The position numbers and the translations under genes were made by a program. A stretch of 62,503 nt of DNA, filler included. It is 4 parts of 4 records of this genome, joined end to end, with 100 filler letters (N's around TTAATTAATTAA, not from the genome) between each part and the next. Parts side by side here need not be neighbours in the genome. Positions count along the whole stretch, not along the records: positions 40,527 to 47,104 come from SRR31156797_1978; positions 47,205 to 62,503 come from SRR31156797_1996; 2 more parts are not named here. One strand, given 5' to 3'. Under the pieces are notes generated by a model, which searched no databases, was not told where the DNA came from, and saw only the letters and a list, made by a program, of their open reading frames with translations. Of this stretch, positions 41,429 through 50,977 are shown one piece after another. How positions within the stretch are numbered: position 1 is the first letter of the stretch; every line of letters begins with the position of its first letter.

Positions 41429-41486
41429 AGACTGTATACTGCTTACTGTGTACTACTGACTGAAGACTGCTTACTGATCACTAAAC
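41424..41486. repeat. Degenerate heptamer tandem repeat, 9 x ACTNNNN
   Basis: ACT recurs exactly every 7 bp from 41424 to 41480. Confidence 0.85.
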
Positions 41487-42152
41487 AATATTCCTCAACG
41501 CCTCTCTTTTACTGAGTGAATGTAAATCTGTAGCTTCTACAAAATCAATTACCCAATGTGGATTCGTTCGTGCATATTGGCGCAAAATCCAACCAATGGC
41601 TTTATTAATAAAAAACTCTTTCGTACCATTCAAGCGATGAATCACTTTTGTTAGTAATTCTGTATCTAATTCTTCCCGATAAAAAAGCTGAAAGGTTAGA
41701 CAGCTTCTTTGCAACCATATGTTGCCTGATCTCAACCACTTTTCAATGTATTCATCTCTTTGTTCCGGATACTTTTTAAAATACTCTGCTACCATTTTGG
41801 GCGCCACCCCATCAACCGTGTCCCACCACGATTTCGTTAAAATCAAATATTCAAACAACTCAATATCCTCCGGTTCTATTTGTTTTAGGTATTTGTAAGA
41901 TAAATCCAGTCCAAAATGCTGAAACTCCCTTTGTGGTTTATTCCAAACAGTTCGTAAAATCTCTGACAGATCCTTTTTAGCAGGAAGATATTCTTTTTGT
42001 AAAAAAGGCTTCTGTATTTCTCTTCGAACAGGTGTTTTTAATCCAAAATGTTCAAACTTATCTTTAAGATATTTCTTTTGAGTTTTAGCATTTTCCTCAT
42101 TAGCATTTTTAGAAAACTCTATTTCCAGCAACTCGATATAGTCTTTTATCAT
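41481..42152 (-). CDS. AlkD-family DNA alkylation repair protein
   Basis: G.KTP.RR, REF, SWWDTVD, W..R, EFFINKAIGW.LR. Confidence 0.88.
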   Translation of the reverse strand: MIKDYIELLEIEFSKNANEENAKTQKKYLKDKFEHFGLKTPVRREIQKPFLQKEYLPAKKDLSEILRTVWNKPQREFQHFGLDLSYKYLKQIEPEDIELFEYLILTKSWWDTVDGVAPKMVAEYFKKYPEQRDEYIEKWLRSGNIWLQRSCLTFQLFYREELDTELLTKVIHRLNGTKEFFINKAIGWILRQYARTNPHWVIDFVEATDLHSLSKREALRNIV

Positions 42153-42229
42153 AGTGTAGATATTCAGAAAACATTGAAATTAAGCACCTCATTTATTACT
42201 TTCACAATCTAATTTGAGATTTAAATAAG

Positions 42230-42922
42230 ATGACCAAAACAAAAATAGTGGTTTTTTCGGGAGCTGGCATGAGTGCCGAAAGTGGCATTATGACTTTTAG
42301 AGATATGGGCGGACTATGGGAGCAATATAATGTTACCGAAGTAGCCAGTCCAATTGCCTGGCAAAACAATCCTCAATTGGTAATGGATTTTTATAACCAG
42401 CGCCGAAAGCAGCTCTTCGAATGCAAACCTAATAAAGGTCATCAACTCATTGCGGAGTTGGAGAAAAAATACGATGTTCAGATTATTACTCAAAATGTGG
42501 ATGATTTGCACGAAAGAGCCGGATCTACAAAAGTGTTGCACCTGCACGGAGAATTAAAGAAATGCAGAAGCACAATCGATGATTCATTAGTTTATGAAAT
42601 GAAAGATTGGGAATTAAAACTTGGAGATCAATGTGAAAAAGGAAGCCAGCTTCGACCTCACATTGTTTGGTTTGGCGAAGCAGTACCTGCTATGGATGAT
42701 GCCGTTGATTTAATTCTTCAGGCCGAAATGGTTATTGTTGTGGGAACTTCTTTAAATGTATACCCGGCAGCAGGTTTATTACATTACATAAACAAAGCTA
42801 CGCCTATTTATGTAATCGATCCGGGTAATCCTGCTTTTACTCCTCAAAACAATATTCATTTTATCCAGAAAAAAGCCTCAGAAGGAATGGTGGAATTAAT
42901 GGATCAATTGGTAACAAATTAA
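42230..42922 (+). CDS. cobB: Sir2/CobB NAD-dependent deacylase
   Basis: GAGMSAESG..TFR, TQNVD.LH, HLHG, RPHIVWFGE, GTS. Confidence 0.93.
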   Translation: MTKTKIVVFSGAGMSAESGIMTFRDMGGLWEQYNVTEVASPIAWQNNPQLVMDFYNQRRKQLFECKPNKGHQLIAELEKKYDVQIITQNVDDLHERAGSTKVLHLHGELKKCRSTIDDSLVYEMKDWELKLGDQCEKGSQLRPHIVWFGEAVPAMDDAVDLILQAEMVIVVGTSLNVYPAAGLLHYINKATPIYVIDPGNPAFTPQNNIHFIQKKASEGMVELMDQLVTN

Positions 42923-42985
42923 TATCTCCATCAAATTGAACCTTACGTTTCGATATTGTATATTGACCGTAAATTAGTTGCTATT

Positions 42986-43621
42986 ATGAAACGTCTATTT
43001 CTATTTATATCTGCATTTGTTCTTATTTCAATATCAGTCAACAGTCAGGATTTTAAAGCCGGTGCTATAGGAGGTGCTACTTTTAGTCAGGTTCATGGCG
43101 ATTCATATGTAGGTTTCAATAAAATGGGATTGGTCACCGGATTATATGTATCCAGATCTTTGGGCCCGGATTGGGGTGCACAATTCGAAATTGTTTATAA
43201 GCAAAAAGGAAGTCGCCATAATCCAAACGAATCTACCGGCGATTATAATTTATATAAACTTAGCTTCGATTATATTGAAATTCCTTTGCTTGTAAAACTA
43301 AACATGACCAAAATATCGCTGGAAGCTGGTGGTGCTTTTGGAATACTTATTAACTCCAAAGAGGAAGACCAATATGGCATTGTGGAAGCATCTATTCCTT
43401 TTGAAGATTACGAGTTTTCTGGAATTATTGGCGTTAATTATCATTTCTATAATCGACTATATGCCAACTTACGATGGTCCTATTCATTTACCAGAGTTCG
43501 CAAAGCCTATGGAGGAAAATACGATGATCAATATCTGGCTCATTGGATGGATGGGAAATTCGGGCAATATAACCATGTGGTGAGTCTTTCAGTATATTAC
43601 GAATTTGAAAAACTATTTTAA
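42986..43621 (+). CDS. Outer-membrane beta-barrel (porin/PorT-like) protein
   Basis: Signal peptide from ATG 42986 (MKRLFLF), Y.QKG, YIEIPL, aromatic C-terminus. Confidence 0.72.
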   Translation: MKRLFLFISAFVLISISVNSQDFKAGAIGGATFSQVHGDSYVGFNKMGLVTGLYVSRSLGPDWGAQFEIVYKQKGSRHNPNESTGDYNLYKLSFDYIEIPLLVKLNMTKISLEAGGAFGILINSKEEDQYGIVEASIPFEDYEFSGIIGVNYHFYNRLYANLRWSYSFTRVRKAYGGKYDDQYLAHWMDGKFGQYNHVVSLSVYYEFEKLF

Positions 43622-43625
43622 TATA

Positions 43626-44318
43626 CTAATTGGTAGCATAGGCTAATGTTGCCACACTCAGTTTAACACCATTCACTTTCAACAATTGAGATGCACAGGC
43701 TTCAATAGTTGCACCGGTTGTTAAAACATCATCCACAATTAGAATATGCTTATTGACAAACCTTTCCGGATACCTGAGATCAAAACTCTTTTGAATATTT
43801 TCCCATCTTTGGTAGCGCCCTTTTTTAGTTTGCGTTGAAGTATGAATCACCTTAAATAAATTATCTGTTACCACATCAACTCCTATATTTTCATTTATTC
43901 CATTCGCAATCCATTCACTTTGATTATAACCTCTTAAATACATCTTTTTAGGATGCAAAGGAACAGGAACTATGCAATCAACATCACTAAAATAATTCAC
44001 CTCCGACAGTTCTGCTCCAAATATTTTGCCTATCTCAAAACCCAACTCTTTACAGTCTTTATATTTCATTTTGTGCAATATACTTTTCACCATGTTACCT
44101 TTTCGGTATTCTAAGAACGAAGCTGCCTTTTGAATTTGAATTCTTCCCCAAAATATTTGTTCTAAAGGATTTTGATCTCCCATATGAAAATAAGATCTGG
44201 GCAAAGATTGCTGGCATTTTCTACAAATAAAATTTTCATGTGCATATAAGGCATTTCCGCAGATAGAGCAAACCCTGGGAAAAAAGAGCTGAAACAAATC
44301 ATGTAAGTAAGTCTTCAT
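43626..44318 (-). CDS. comF: ComF-family phosphoribosyltransferase-like protein
   Basis: CxxC..CxxC, PVPLH, RGYNQ, VDDVLTTGAT. Confidence 0.9.
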   Translation of the reverse strand: MKTYLHDLFQLFFPRVCSICGNALYAHENFICRKCQQSLPRSYFHMGDQNPLEQIFWGRIQIQKAASFLEYRKGNMVKSILHKMKYKDCKELGFEIGKIFGAELSEVNYFSDVDCIVPVPLHPKKMYLRGYNQSEWIANGINENIGVDVVTDNLFKVIHTSTQTKKGRYQRWENIQKSFDLRYPERFVNKHILIVDDVLTTGATIEACASQLLKVNGVKLSVATLAYATN

Positions 44319-44435
44319 CCAAACACAGTTTTAAGGTTAATAAATTATTAAGCAACGCAATTAAAAACAGCAACTTGTTATTGTTTTTTAATAAAGATGT
44401 AAAGCGACATTAATATTCAGATAACATTCATCATC

Positions 44436-44443
44436 TACTTTTG
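44436..44443 (+). promoter_or_regulatory. Bacteroidota -7 promoter element TACTTTTG
   Basis: Exact TAnnTTTG match upstream of 44517. Confidence 0.55.
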
Positions 44444-44516
44444 AAACTACAAACAGGAATTAAAAACAATCAAATTACTTCTTTAAATAAGGTAGTAATT
44501 TAAATACAAAAGGAAG

Positions 44517-44864
44517 ATGAAAATTACATTATTATTAGCTATTGTAGCTACCATATCGTTAAGTAGTTTTAAGGGAGAAAAAACAAACGAAGCCAAAGTG
44601 GCTAAAGCAACTACCGAAATTGCCGGTTCAATTATTGACGAAAACACTGGTGAAACTTTAGTAGGCGTTGAAGTAACTTTAGAAGGTACAAACCAAAAAA
44701 CCTATACTGACTTTGACGGTAACTTTACTTTCTCTAATGTCAACGAAGGAAAATACAACATCAAAGCAAAAATGATTTCTTATCAGGAAGTCAGTAAAAA
44801 AGATATTAAAGTTGACGCAAGTAAAAACAACACACTCAACTTAAAAATGAGTCTTGTGAATTAA
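44517..44864 (+). CDS. Secreted carboxypeptidase-regulatory-like domain protein
   Basis: G.I.D..TGE.L.GV.V, TDFDGNF. Confidence 0.8.
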   Translation: MKITLLLAIVATISLSSFKGEKTNEAKVAKATTEIAGSIIDENTGETLVGVEVTLEGTNQKTYTDFDGNFTFSNVNEGKYNIKAKMISYQEVSKKDIKVDASKNNTLNLKMSLVN

Positions 44865-44886
44865 TAATTAATTAACATACTATGCA

Positions 44887-44918
44887 AAAGCCGAATATTA
44901 ATTTATTCGGCTTTTTTT
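44887..44918 (+). terminator. Intrinsic terminator
   Basis: AAAAGCCGAATA..TATTCGGCTTTTTTT. Confidence 0.8.
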
Positions 44919-45108
44919 ATTGATTACATGCCACTTAGATCATCAATTATCTTATCTCATTAAAACTTAACATTGAAAATTTGGCCGTATTGTAAATTTA
45001 ATGTTAATTTGACGTTAACAGGAAATTAAAGTACACACAAGAATTAATAAATAGCAATAACAAGGGTTATTGTGGGAGGCTTTGTTTAATTTTTAAAATT
45101 TACGAGCC

Positions 45109-45567
45109 ATGAGAATATTAATGACAGTTATGGTATTTGTTGGTCTAGTGACCATCAGCCAGGCACAATTAAATGTGAGTGAAGAGGGAGTATACTATGA
45201 TGCTGAAGGTAAATTATACACAGGCACTTATGTAGAATATTATCCTAGTGGAAACAAAAGAGTTGAAATGTCTGTAGAAAATGGAAAAAAACAGGGAGCT
45301 TCCATTTACTATTTCGACAACAAGCTTAAGCAGGAAGTACGTTCATATAAGAATAACGAAATGGACGGCCTCTGGGAAACATGGAATTACAAGGGAGTGA
45401 AAATTGCTGTAGCTAATTATAAAGACGGCCAAAAACACGGGAAGTGGCAGATTTATGATGAAAACGGAATTCTACGTTATGACATGAATTACAACAACGG
45501 TAAGAAAACAGGTACATGGAAAAAATTTGATGCCGAAGGCAAGCTTACCAGTACGAAAGAATTTTAA
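45109..45567 (+). CDS. Secreted MORN-variant repeat (YwqK-like) protein
   Basis: Signal peptide plus repeats of Y..G...G.W..(Y/F). Confidence 0.82.
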   Translation: MRILMTVMVFVGLVTISQAQLNVSEEGVYYDAEGKLYTGTYVEYYPSGNKRVEMSVENGKKQGASIYYFDNKLKQEVRSYKNNEMDGLWETWNYKGVKIAVANYKDGQKHGKWQIYDENGILRYDMNYNNGKKTGTWKKFDAEGKLTSTKEF

Positions 45568-45587
45568 AGAACATTTTATTTAAAACA

Positions 45588-45619
45588 GAAGGGAGTAGTT
45601 TTTGCTACTCCCTTTTTTT
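45588..45619 (+). terminator. Intrinsic terminator
   Basis: AAGGGAGTAG-TTTTTG-CTACTCCCTTTTTTT. Confidence 0.8.
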
Positions 45620-45706
45620 ATTTATTCCATTTACAAATAAAGCCTTCATTCTCTATTGTTCTTAAAAAGCCGTAACTTACTATACATTAATCAATACAGC
45701 AATATT

Positions 45707-46621
45707 ATGGAACGAAGAGACTTTTTGCGCACAGGTGTAGGCTTGGCCATGCTATCAGGTATAAGTCCTTTCTTTGGCGGACTGGAAGAAATCATGGCGA
45801 ATCCTGCTGCAAAAACTGAATTAGCAGCTGTAAGAGGAGGAGAACCAGAGGAAATGTTCGATAAGGCGATTGATGCTTTAGGAGGAATAAGCAAATTTGT
45901 AAAGCAGTGACAATCCGTACTCGTAAAACCTAATATTGGTTGGGATGCACCACCTGAACGAGCCGCAAACACAAACCCAAGAATTGTTGGACATATCGTT
46001 AAAAAATGCCTTGATGCTGGTGCTTCGGAAGTAAACGTATTCGATAAAACATGTAATAAATGGGATAGGTGTTATTCTAATAGTGAAATTGAAAAATACG
46101 TAAAAGATGCAGGTGGTAAGATGGTTCCTGGCAATTCCGAGAGTTATTTTTCACAAGTAAATGTTCCTAACGGAAAAACCCTGAAGAAAACCAAAGTGCA
46201 TGAACTCATTACATCTGCAGATGTATTTATTAACGTTCCGGTTCTTAAACACCATGCTTCCACTAAACTGTCATTGGGAATGAAAAACTTAATGGGTGTT
46301 GTCTGGGATCGAAAGTTTTACCATAGCAACAACCTTAATCAATGCATTGCCGACTTTATTACCTATCGTAAACCTGATTTAACCGTTATTGATGGTTATA
46401 ATATGATGACTAAAAATGGCCCCAGAGGAGTTTCAACAGCTGACGTAGTTAACCTTAAAGCTATGATTATTTCTACTGATATTGTGGCAACAGATGCTGC
46501 AGCTGCTAAAATGTTTGGTTTAGATCCTAAAGAAGTTGGACATATTCAAATAGCTCACAATATGGGAATGGGTAATATGATTTTAGAAGAACTTAATATC
46601 CATCGTATTAAAATATCATAA
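45707..46621 (+). pseudogene. Tat-exported DUF362 protein interrupted by one in-frame TGA (45908-45910)
   Basis: MERRDFLR..FVKQ*QSVLVKPNIGWD..NTNP..INVPVLKHH..MKNLMG. The two ORF-track pieces are in the same frame with no other stop (304 aa if read through). Confidence 0.82.
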
Positions 46622-46624
46622 TCA

Positions 46625-47098
46625 ATGAAATACACCATTCTAAAAAAAACAAGAGTTGTCATTGCGCTCTTGTTTTTTACATTCACATTATTCTCTTTCA
46701 TTGATTTATACGAAGTATTACCGGAGCATATAACTTCTAAAATTTTATATCTCCAGTTTGTTCCTTCGTTACTTAAATTCATTCAGATTACCAGCATTTC
46801 CTCAATTGGCTTTATTGTGGTGATTATTATTACAGTTTTGTTGGGTAGAGTATATTGCTCAACCGTTTGTCCTTTAGGTATTCTTCAGGATATTTTTTCC
46901 TGGGTTTCAAAGAAGATAAGTGCACGAAAATTTTATTTCAGATGGAAAAAAGAACAACCCAAAACCAGATATACTATTTTAGTCTTTACTACACTAAGCT
47001 TAATCTTAGGCACCTCTCTATTAATTAACCTTTTAGATCCATATAGTAATAGCGGAAGGATTTTTACATACAATATCACTAGCCTCCGGAAGTCGTAA
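46625..47098 (+). CDS. Membrane polyferredoxin (NapH/MauN-like), N-terminal part, truncated at contig end
   Basis: GRVYCSTVCPLG.LQD and LDPY; the stop lies 6 bp from the contig edge and may be an assembly artefact. Confidence 0.78.
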   Translation: MKYTILKKTRVVIALLFFTFTLFSFIDLYEVLPEHITSKILYLQFVPSLLKFIQITSISSIGFIVVIIITVLLGRVYCSTVCPLGILQDIFSWVSKKISARKFYFRWKKEQPKTRYTILVFTTLSLILGTSLLINLLDPYSNSGRIFTYNITSLRKS

Positions 47099-47104
47099 TT
47101 TTTA

Positions 47105-47204
47105 NNNNNNNNNNNNNNNNNNNNNNNNNNNNNNNNNNNNNNNNNNNNTTAATTAATTAANNNNNNNNNNNNNNNNNNNNNNNNNNNNNNNNNNNNNNNN
47201 NNNN
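47105..47204. other. Artificial contig spacer
   Basis: N44-TTAATTAATTAA-N44. Confidence 0.98.
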
Positions 47205-47425
47205 GAATGGCAAGCCCAAGATGATGATACGATGTTTGATGAAGTGTTAAGTCCAGAAATTGACAAATACAATGCGGACCAAAAAACGGTTGATAAAGTC
47301 ACAGGTCTGACTGCAGAATCAGAAGATCGCGAAGTGACTGTCACTTATTCGCCAAATATGATCGAATCTACGGAGACCAAAGAGGTCAAACAAACGGTTC
47401 ATTATGTGTATGAAGACGGCAAAGT
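47205..47425 (+). pseudogene. Fragment of a Mub/MucBP-repeat surface protein
   Basis: FDEVLSPEIDKYNADQK..V..VTVTY....TETKEVKQTVHYVYEDGK; similarity ends abruptly near 47422. Confidence 0.6.
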
Positions 47426-47866
47426 GGTGTCTTCATTAAAGGATTGGAAGAAGTTCCAAATGAATATCGGGAGTTAATGACTTTCCCAGCTTATAATGGG
47501 AAAGATTATAATACTTCTGGTTCTTATCCTGTAGGTCAGTGTACTTGGTATGCCTTTAATCGAGTCGCACAATTAGGTGGTCGTGTAGATGATTACATGG
47601 GAAATGGGGGAGATTGGGGAACTACTGGTCTTAGATTAGGTTATCAAGTTAGTCGAACCCCAAAAGCCGGGACCTTGATTTCTTTCAGCCACGGGACAGC
47701 GGGGTCGGATCCCAGGTATGGTCATGTCGCATTTGTAGAAGCGGTTGGACCGAATGGTATTTTAATTTCCGAAGCAAACGTTTATGGTGGTACAACGATT
47801 TCTTACCGAGTGATTGGCAATGATCTAGCTCGTTCCTCGTTGGTTCAATATATCACACCGAAATAA
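47423..47866 (+). pseudogene. C-terminal CHAP peptidoglycan-hydrolase domain, probably from a conjugative-element gene, 5' end missing
   Basis: YP.GQCTWYA, GNG..W, YGHVAFVE, ISEAN; no convincing start or signal peptide. Confidence 0.7.
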
Positions 47867-48455
47867 GTAATAATAAAAGAGGCAAGTAAAAGATGAATGA
47901 ATCTTATTATGGAAAGGTGTAACTAAAAGAGTCAATAAGGAAATGAAGGTAGTAAAGCAGGAAGAGAAAATGCTCGATAGAACCTTAACATCAAAAGTCT
48001 TACAAGTATTAAAAGAAGAACGTCAGTTGCTCAAAATGAATGCTTAGTGGTATCGGCAGTGATGTAAAATAAAAGTAAAATGTTTAATAGTAGACTGGCG
48101 GTTATCAGTATTCTTTGGGGGATCTTCTCTTTCCAACTCGTTCGGATTCAAGGGGGATTCAATGAATCCGACGTTAATAGCATGTTTAAAATCACTTTTA
48201 CATCTTGATCGTTTTTTGTTGATCAAGAGTGACTCCCATAATGAAGGAGATTTTTATTGGCTATTGTCGCTTCTTCATAAATTACATCTGGAAATTTTTT
48301 TTAAGAAGAGGTTTCAAGAGTATCATTCATACATTATCTCACCTATTAAACTACTTTATCGAGAGGCATGTATTTTATTAGCTTCCAAAAAAATGTTCAC
48401 TATTTTTTGGTACGCATTAGAAAGAAATAATCACATAGAGAGGACCTTATGAATC

Positions 48456-48800
48456 ATGCTATTCACAATGAAAGAAGAATATAGTAGCTATTATCAAAAA
48501 GAATTTGGGAATGCATCAAGAAAAGAAAAAGATTTGAAAGACTATTTAATTGATTTATTGCGGCGTTTAAACCAACTAACTGATGAAATCTCAAAAGAAA
48601 ATTTTTGGAGTGTGCTGCCAAGAATTTTGGGAATTGATGCAAAATTAAACCTATTAGTTGAATTGATTAAATTTGAAGAACTACCAAGCGAAGAAATTAT
48701 CCGTATCATTGAAAATGACTATCAAAGCTATTTTAAAGAACTATGTGGGTATGATTTAAGTATGGAAACGAGATATTCTTTAGTATTTAACGTCGCATAA
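48456..48800 (+). CDS. Hypothetical protein, probably mobile-element associated
   Basis: 114-aa ORF with SD GAGG in an AT-rich segment. Confidence 0.6.
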   Translation: MLFTMKEEYSSYYQKEFGNASRKEKDLKDYLIDLLRRLNQLTDEISKENFWSVLPRILGIDAKLNLLVELIKFEELPSEEIIRIIENDYQSYFKELCGYDLSMETRYSLVFNVA

Positions 48801-48844
48801 ATGTATTTTGTTTTTTTGCAAAAAATCGAAGTTGTCTGATGGAA

Positions 48845-48894
48845 ATCCTTTATACTGATTCTGAGAAATTTTCTTAAGAATCAGTATAAAGGAT
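48845..48894. terminator. 18-bp perfect inverted repeat between convergent genes
   Basis: ATCCTTTATACTGATTCT-N14-AGAATCAGTATAAAGGAT. Confidence 0.7.
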
Positions 48895-48900
48895 ATTTTG

Positions 48901-49755
48901 TTATCTTCTCGATTCACCAGTACCAGCAGCTCTATTCCTTTCCAACAACAGCCGTTTAATCTCCTCATAAATCTCTCCGGTCTCCGGTGTCGCACGCTGA
49001 CGATTCTGAATGATAAAAAGATCACGATAGCGGTACTCTGGATCAAGTTCCTGCCAAGGCAACTCTTCTGGTAATGAAAGTTTCGAGATGATCGATTTGC
49101 CGATGTTTTGTTTTAGTAGGGACAAAATCACTTCGCTGTTATTGGCTTTGATGATTTGCGGATGCAAGTGCTGTGCGTACAGATAGGTTTCGTTAATGTA
49201 GTACATCCCCGAGTCGTTTTCCCGCAAGACCCAAAAATCAGAAGCGAGGTTGCCTGCTAACACCAATTCATCGCGATAAACGAATTCTTTTTGGATCAAT
49301 GGCGAAACGATTGATTTTTCGATCAGGCCAATATGGGCTTTGTTTGATTCGACGGCATCGATTACTTCTTGAGAATTCATGATTTTGATTTCAAAAGCAA
49401 ACGTTGGAAATTCTTCAATCAGCTGCGCCATGATGCTGGGCAGTAAGTAGACGGCGGTGGTATTCGAACAAGCGAGCACACACTCTGTTTTAAAATTTTT
49501 GGTGTCTTTGGCTTGCGAAAAAATAGTGGACATTGAGCGGAGAGACTCGACCACACGAGGATACAAAAACTCCGCTTGGCTGGTAGGTAAAATCAATTGT
49601 TTTCCTTTACGTTCAAAAAGTTTGAAGCCAAGTTCGGCCTCTAAGCGTTGGATTTGCAAGGAAATCGTTGGTTGAGTTTTATAGAGTTGTTTGGCGGCAA
49701 GACTAAAGTTTCTCGTTTCATAAACAGCAATGAAGGTTTTGAGCAATTCAATCAT
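48901..49755 (-). CDS. LysR-family transcriptional regulator
   Basis: F..V.E..NFS.AA..L..TQP.IS.QI..LE.ELG..LF.R. Confidence 0.93.
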   Translation of the reverse strand: MIELLKTFIAVYETRNFSLAAKQLYKTQPTISLQIQRLEAELGFKLFERKGKQLILPTSQAEFLYPRVVESLRSMSTIFSQAKDTKNFKTECVLACSNTTAVYLLPSIMAQLIEEFPTFAFEIKIMNSQEVIDAVESNKAHIGLIEKSIVSPLIQKEFVYRDELVLAGNLASDFWVLRENDSGMYYINETYLYAQHLHPQIIKANNSEVILSLLKQNIGKSIISKLSLPEELPWQELDPEYRYRDLFIIQNRQRATPETGEIYEEIKRLLLERNRAAGTGESRR

Positions 49756-49902
49756 TTTGCGGACTCCTTTATTATTAATAATATTTATAATTAGTATTTA
49801 AAAGTACAATTTTACAAATAGTTATCAGGTGATTATAGTATAAGTGTAGAGAAAAAAGAAAGCAAATTTAGTTGAAATTTTCATACGTTTAGAAAGGATG
49901 AG

Positions 49903-50874
49903 TTGATGAAAACATCGATCCAGCATTTTTTACATTCATTGCCAATCCCGATTTGTGGCTTGATTTTAGGCACTGTGTCATTGGGGAATTTATTGTATTC
50001 AGAAGGAATGGAGACGGTTGGAAATGCGTTTTGCACCCTTGGTATTTTCATCATGGGGCTCTTCCTTCTGAAAGTATGCTTTACATTTAAGCACACGATG
50101 TCAGAGTTGCAAAACCCAATCGTTGCTTCTGTGGCGCCGACCTTTACGATGGCGCTGATGGTGATTTCCACTGTTTTTGAACGGGTCATTCCCGATGCAG
50201 TGGTGAATGATCTGCTCTGGTGGGGGGCTATCGGCTTACATTTTGCTTTAATGATCTATTTTGTTGTCGTGCATATTTTGCCTGTCGACCTTTCGCTGGA
50301 ATACATTTATCCGAGCTGGTTTATTACCTTCGTCGGTATTGGCGTAATTCCCAATACTTCTGCTGTCTTTTTTAAAGAGCTGGGGGAAGTGATCGTCTGG
50401 ATCGCATTGGTATTGTATTTTGCGCTTTTGCCGATTATTTTAAAACGAATCGTCCATCAGAAGCTGACGGAACGTGCGGCAGTTCCTTTGATCACGATTT
50501 TAACAGCACCAGGTTCTCTTTGCTTAGCAGGTTACCTTTCCGTATTTGAACAAGGCTCTGCTTGGTTTGTCGCCTTTATGCTGTTATTGTCACAAACGAT
50601 TTATTTTTGTGTCGTCGCTTATATGAAAAACATGCTGGCAGTCGGCTTTTACCCAAGCTATGCGGCATTTACGTTTCCTCTTGTGATTTCAGCGACTGCT
50701 ATGTTCAAATCAGCGCTGTTTTTTGCGAATCACCCACTGATATTTGGGTTTCTACAAGCCTTAACGATTATTGAAACAAGCTTTGCCGTGATTGTCGTCT
50801 GCTATGTGTTAGGAAAATATGCAATTCATTTGTATCAGCAAGCCAAAGCGCTGATTGCCGGTCATAGTTATTAA
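49903..50874 (+). CDS. TDT/SLAC1-family anion transporter
   Basis: About 10 TM; PSWFI..VG, APGSL, YAAFTFPL.ISA. Confidence 0.85.
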   Translation: MMKTSIQHFLHSLPIPICGLILGTVSLGNLLYSEGMETVGNAFCTLGIFIMGLFLLKVCFTFKHTMSELQNPIVASVAPTFTMALMVISTVFERVIPDAVVNDLLWWGAIGLHFALMIYFVVVHILPVDLSLEYIYPSWFITFVGIGVIPNTSAVFFKELGEVIVWIALVLYFALLPIILKRIVHQKLTERAAVPLITILTAPGSLCLAGYLSVFEQGSAWFVAFMLLLSQTIYFCVVAYMKNMLAVGFYPSYAAFTFPLVISATAMFKSALFFANHPLIFGFLQALTIIETSFAVIVVCYVLGKYAIHLYQQAKALIAGHSY

Positions 50875-50977
50875 GGAAACACAAGAGTACACAAGAGAAC
50901 ATACATTTTTTGAGAAAATACGTAATATACGCAAAACAATAGCACAAGTATTTGAAAAGAAAAGGAAGGGATCGCAC

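Noticed and set aside
41424-41486. Possible CRISPR array
   Set aside because: 7-bp period with no spacers. I saw no repeat-spacer array or cas gene anywhere in the window.
45109-45567. Toxin-antitoxin system implied by the YwqK-like label
   Set aside because: Generic secreted MORN-variant repeats with no adjacent toxin.
45908-45910. Selenocysteine or UGA=Gly genetic code
   Set aside because: The position corresponds to Gly rather than Cys, no SECIS-like hairpin is evident, and no other gene on the contig needs TGA readthrough.
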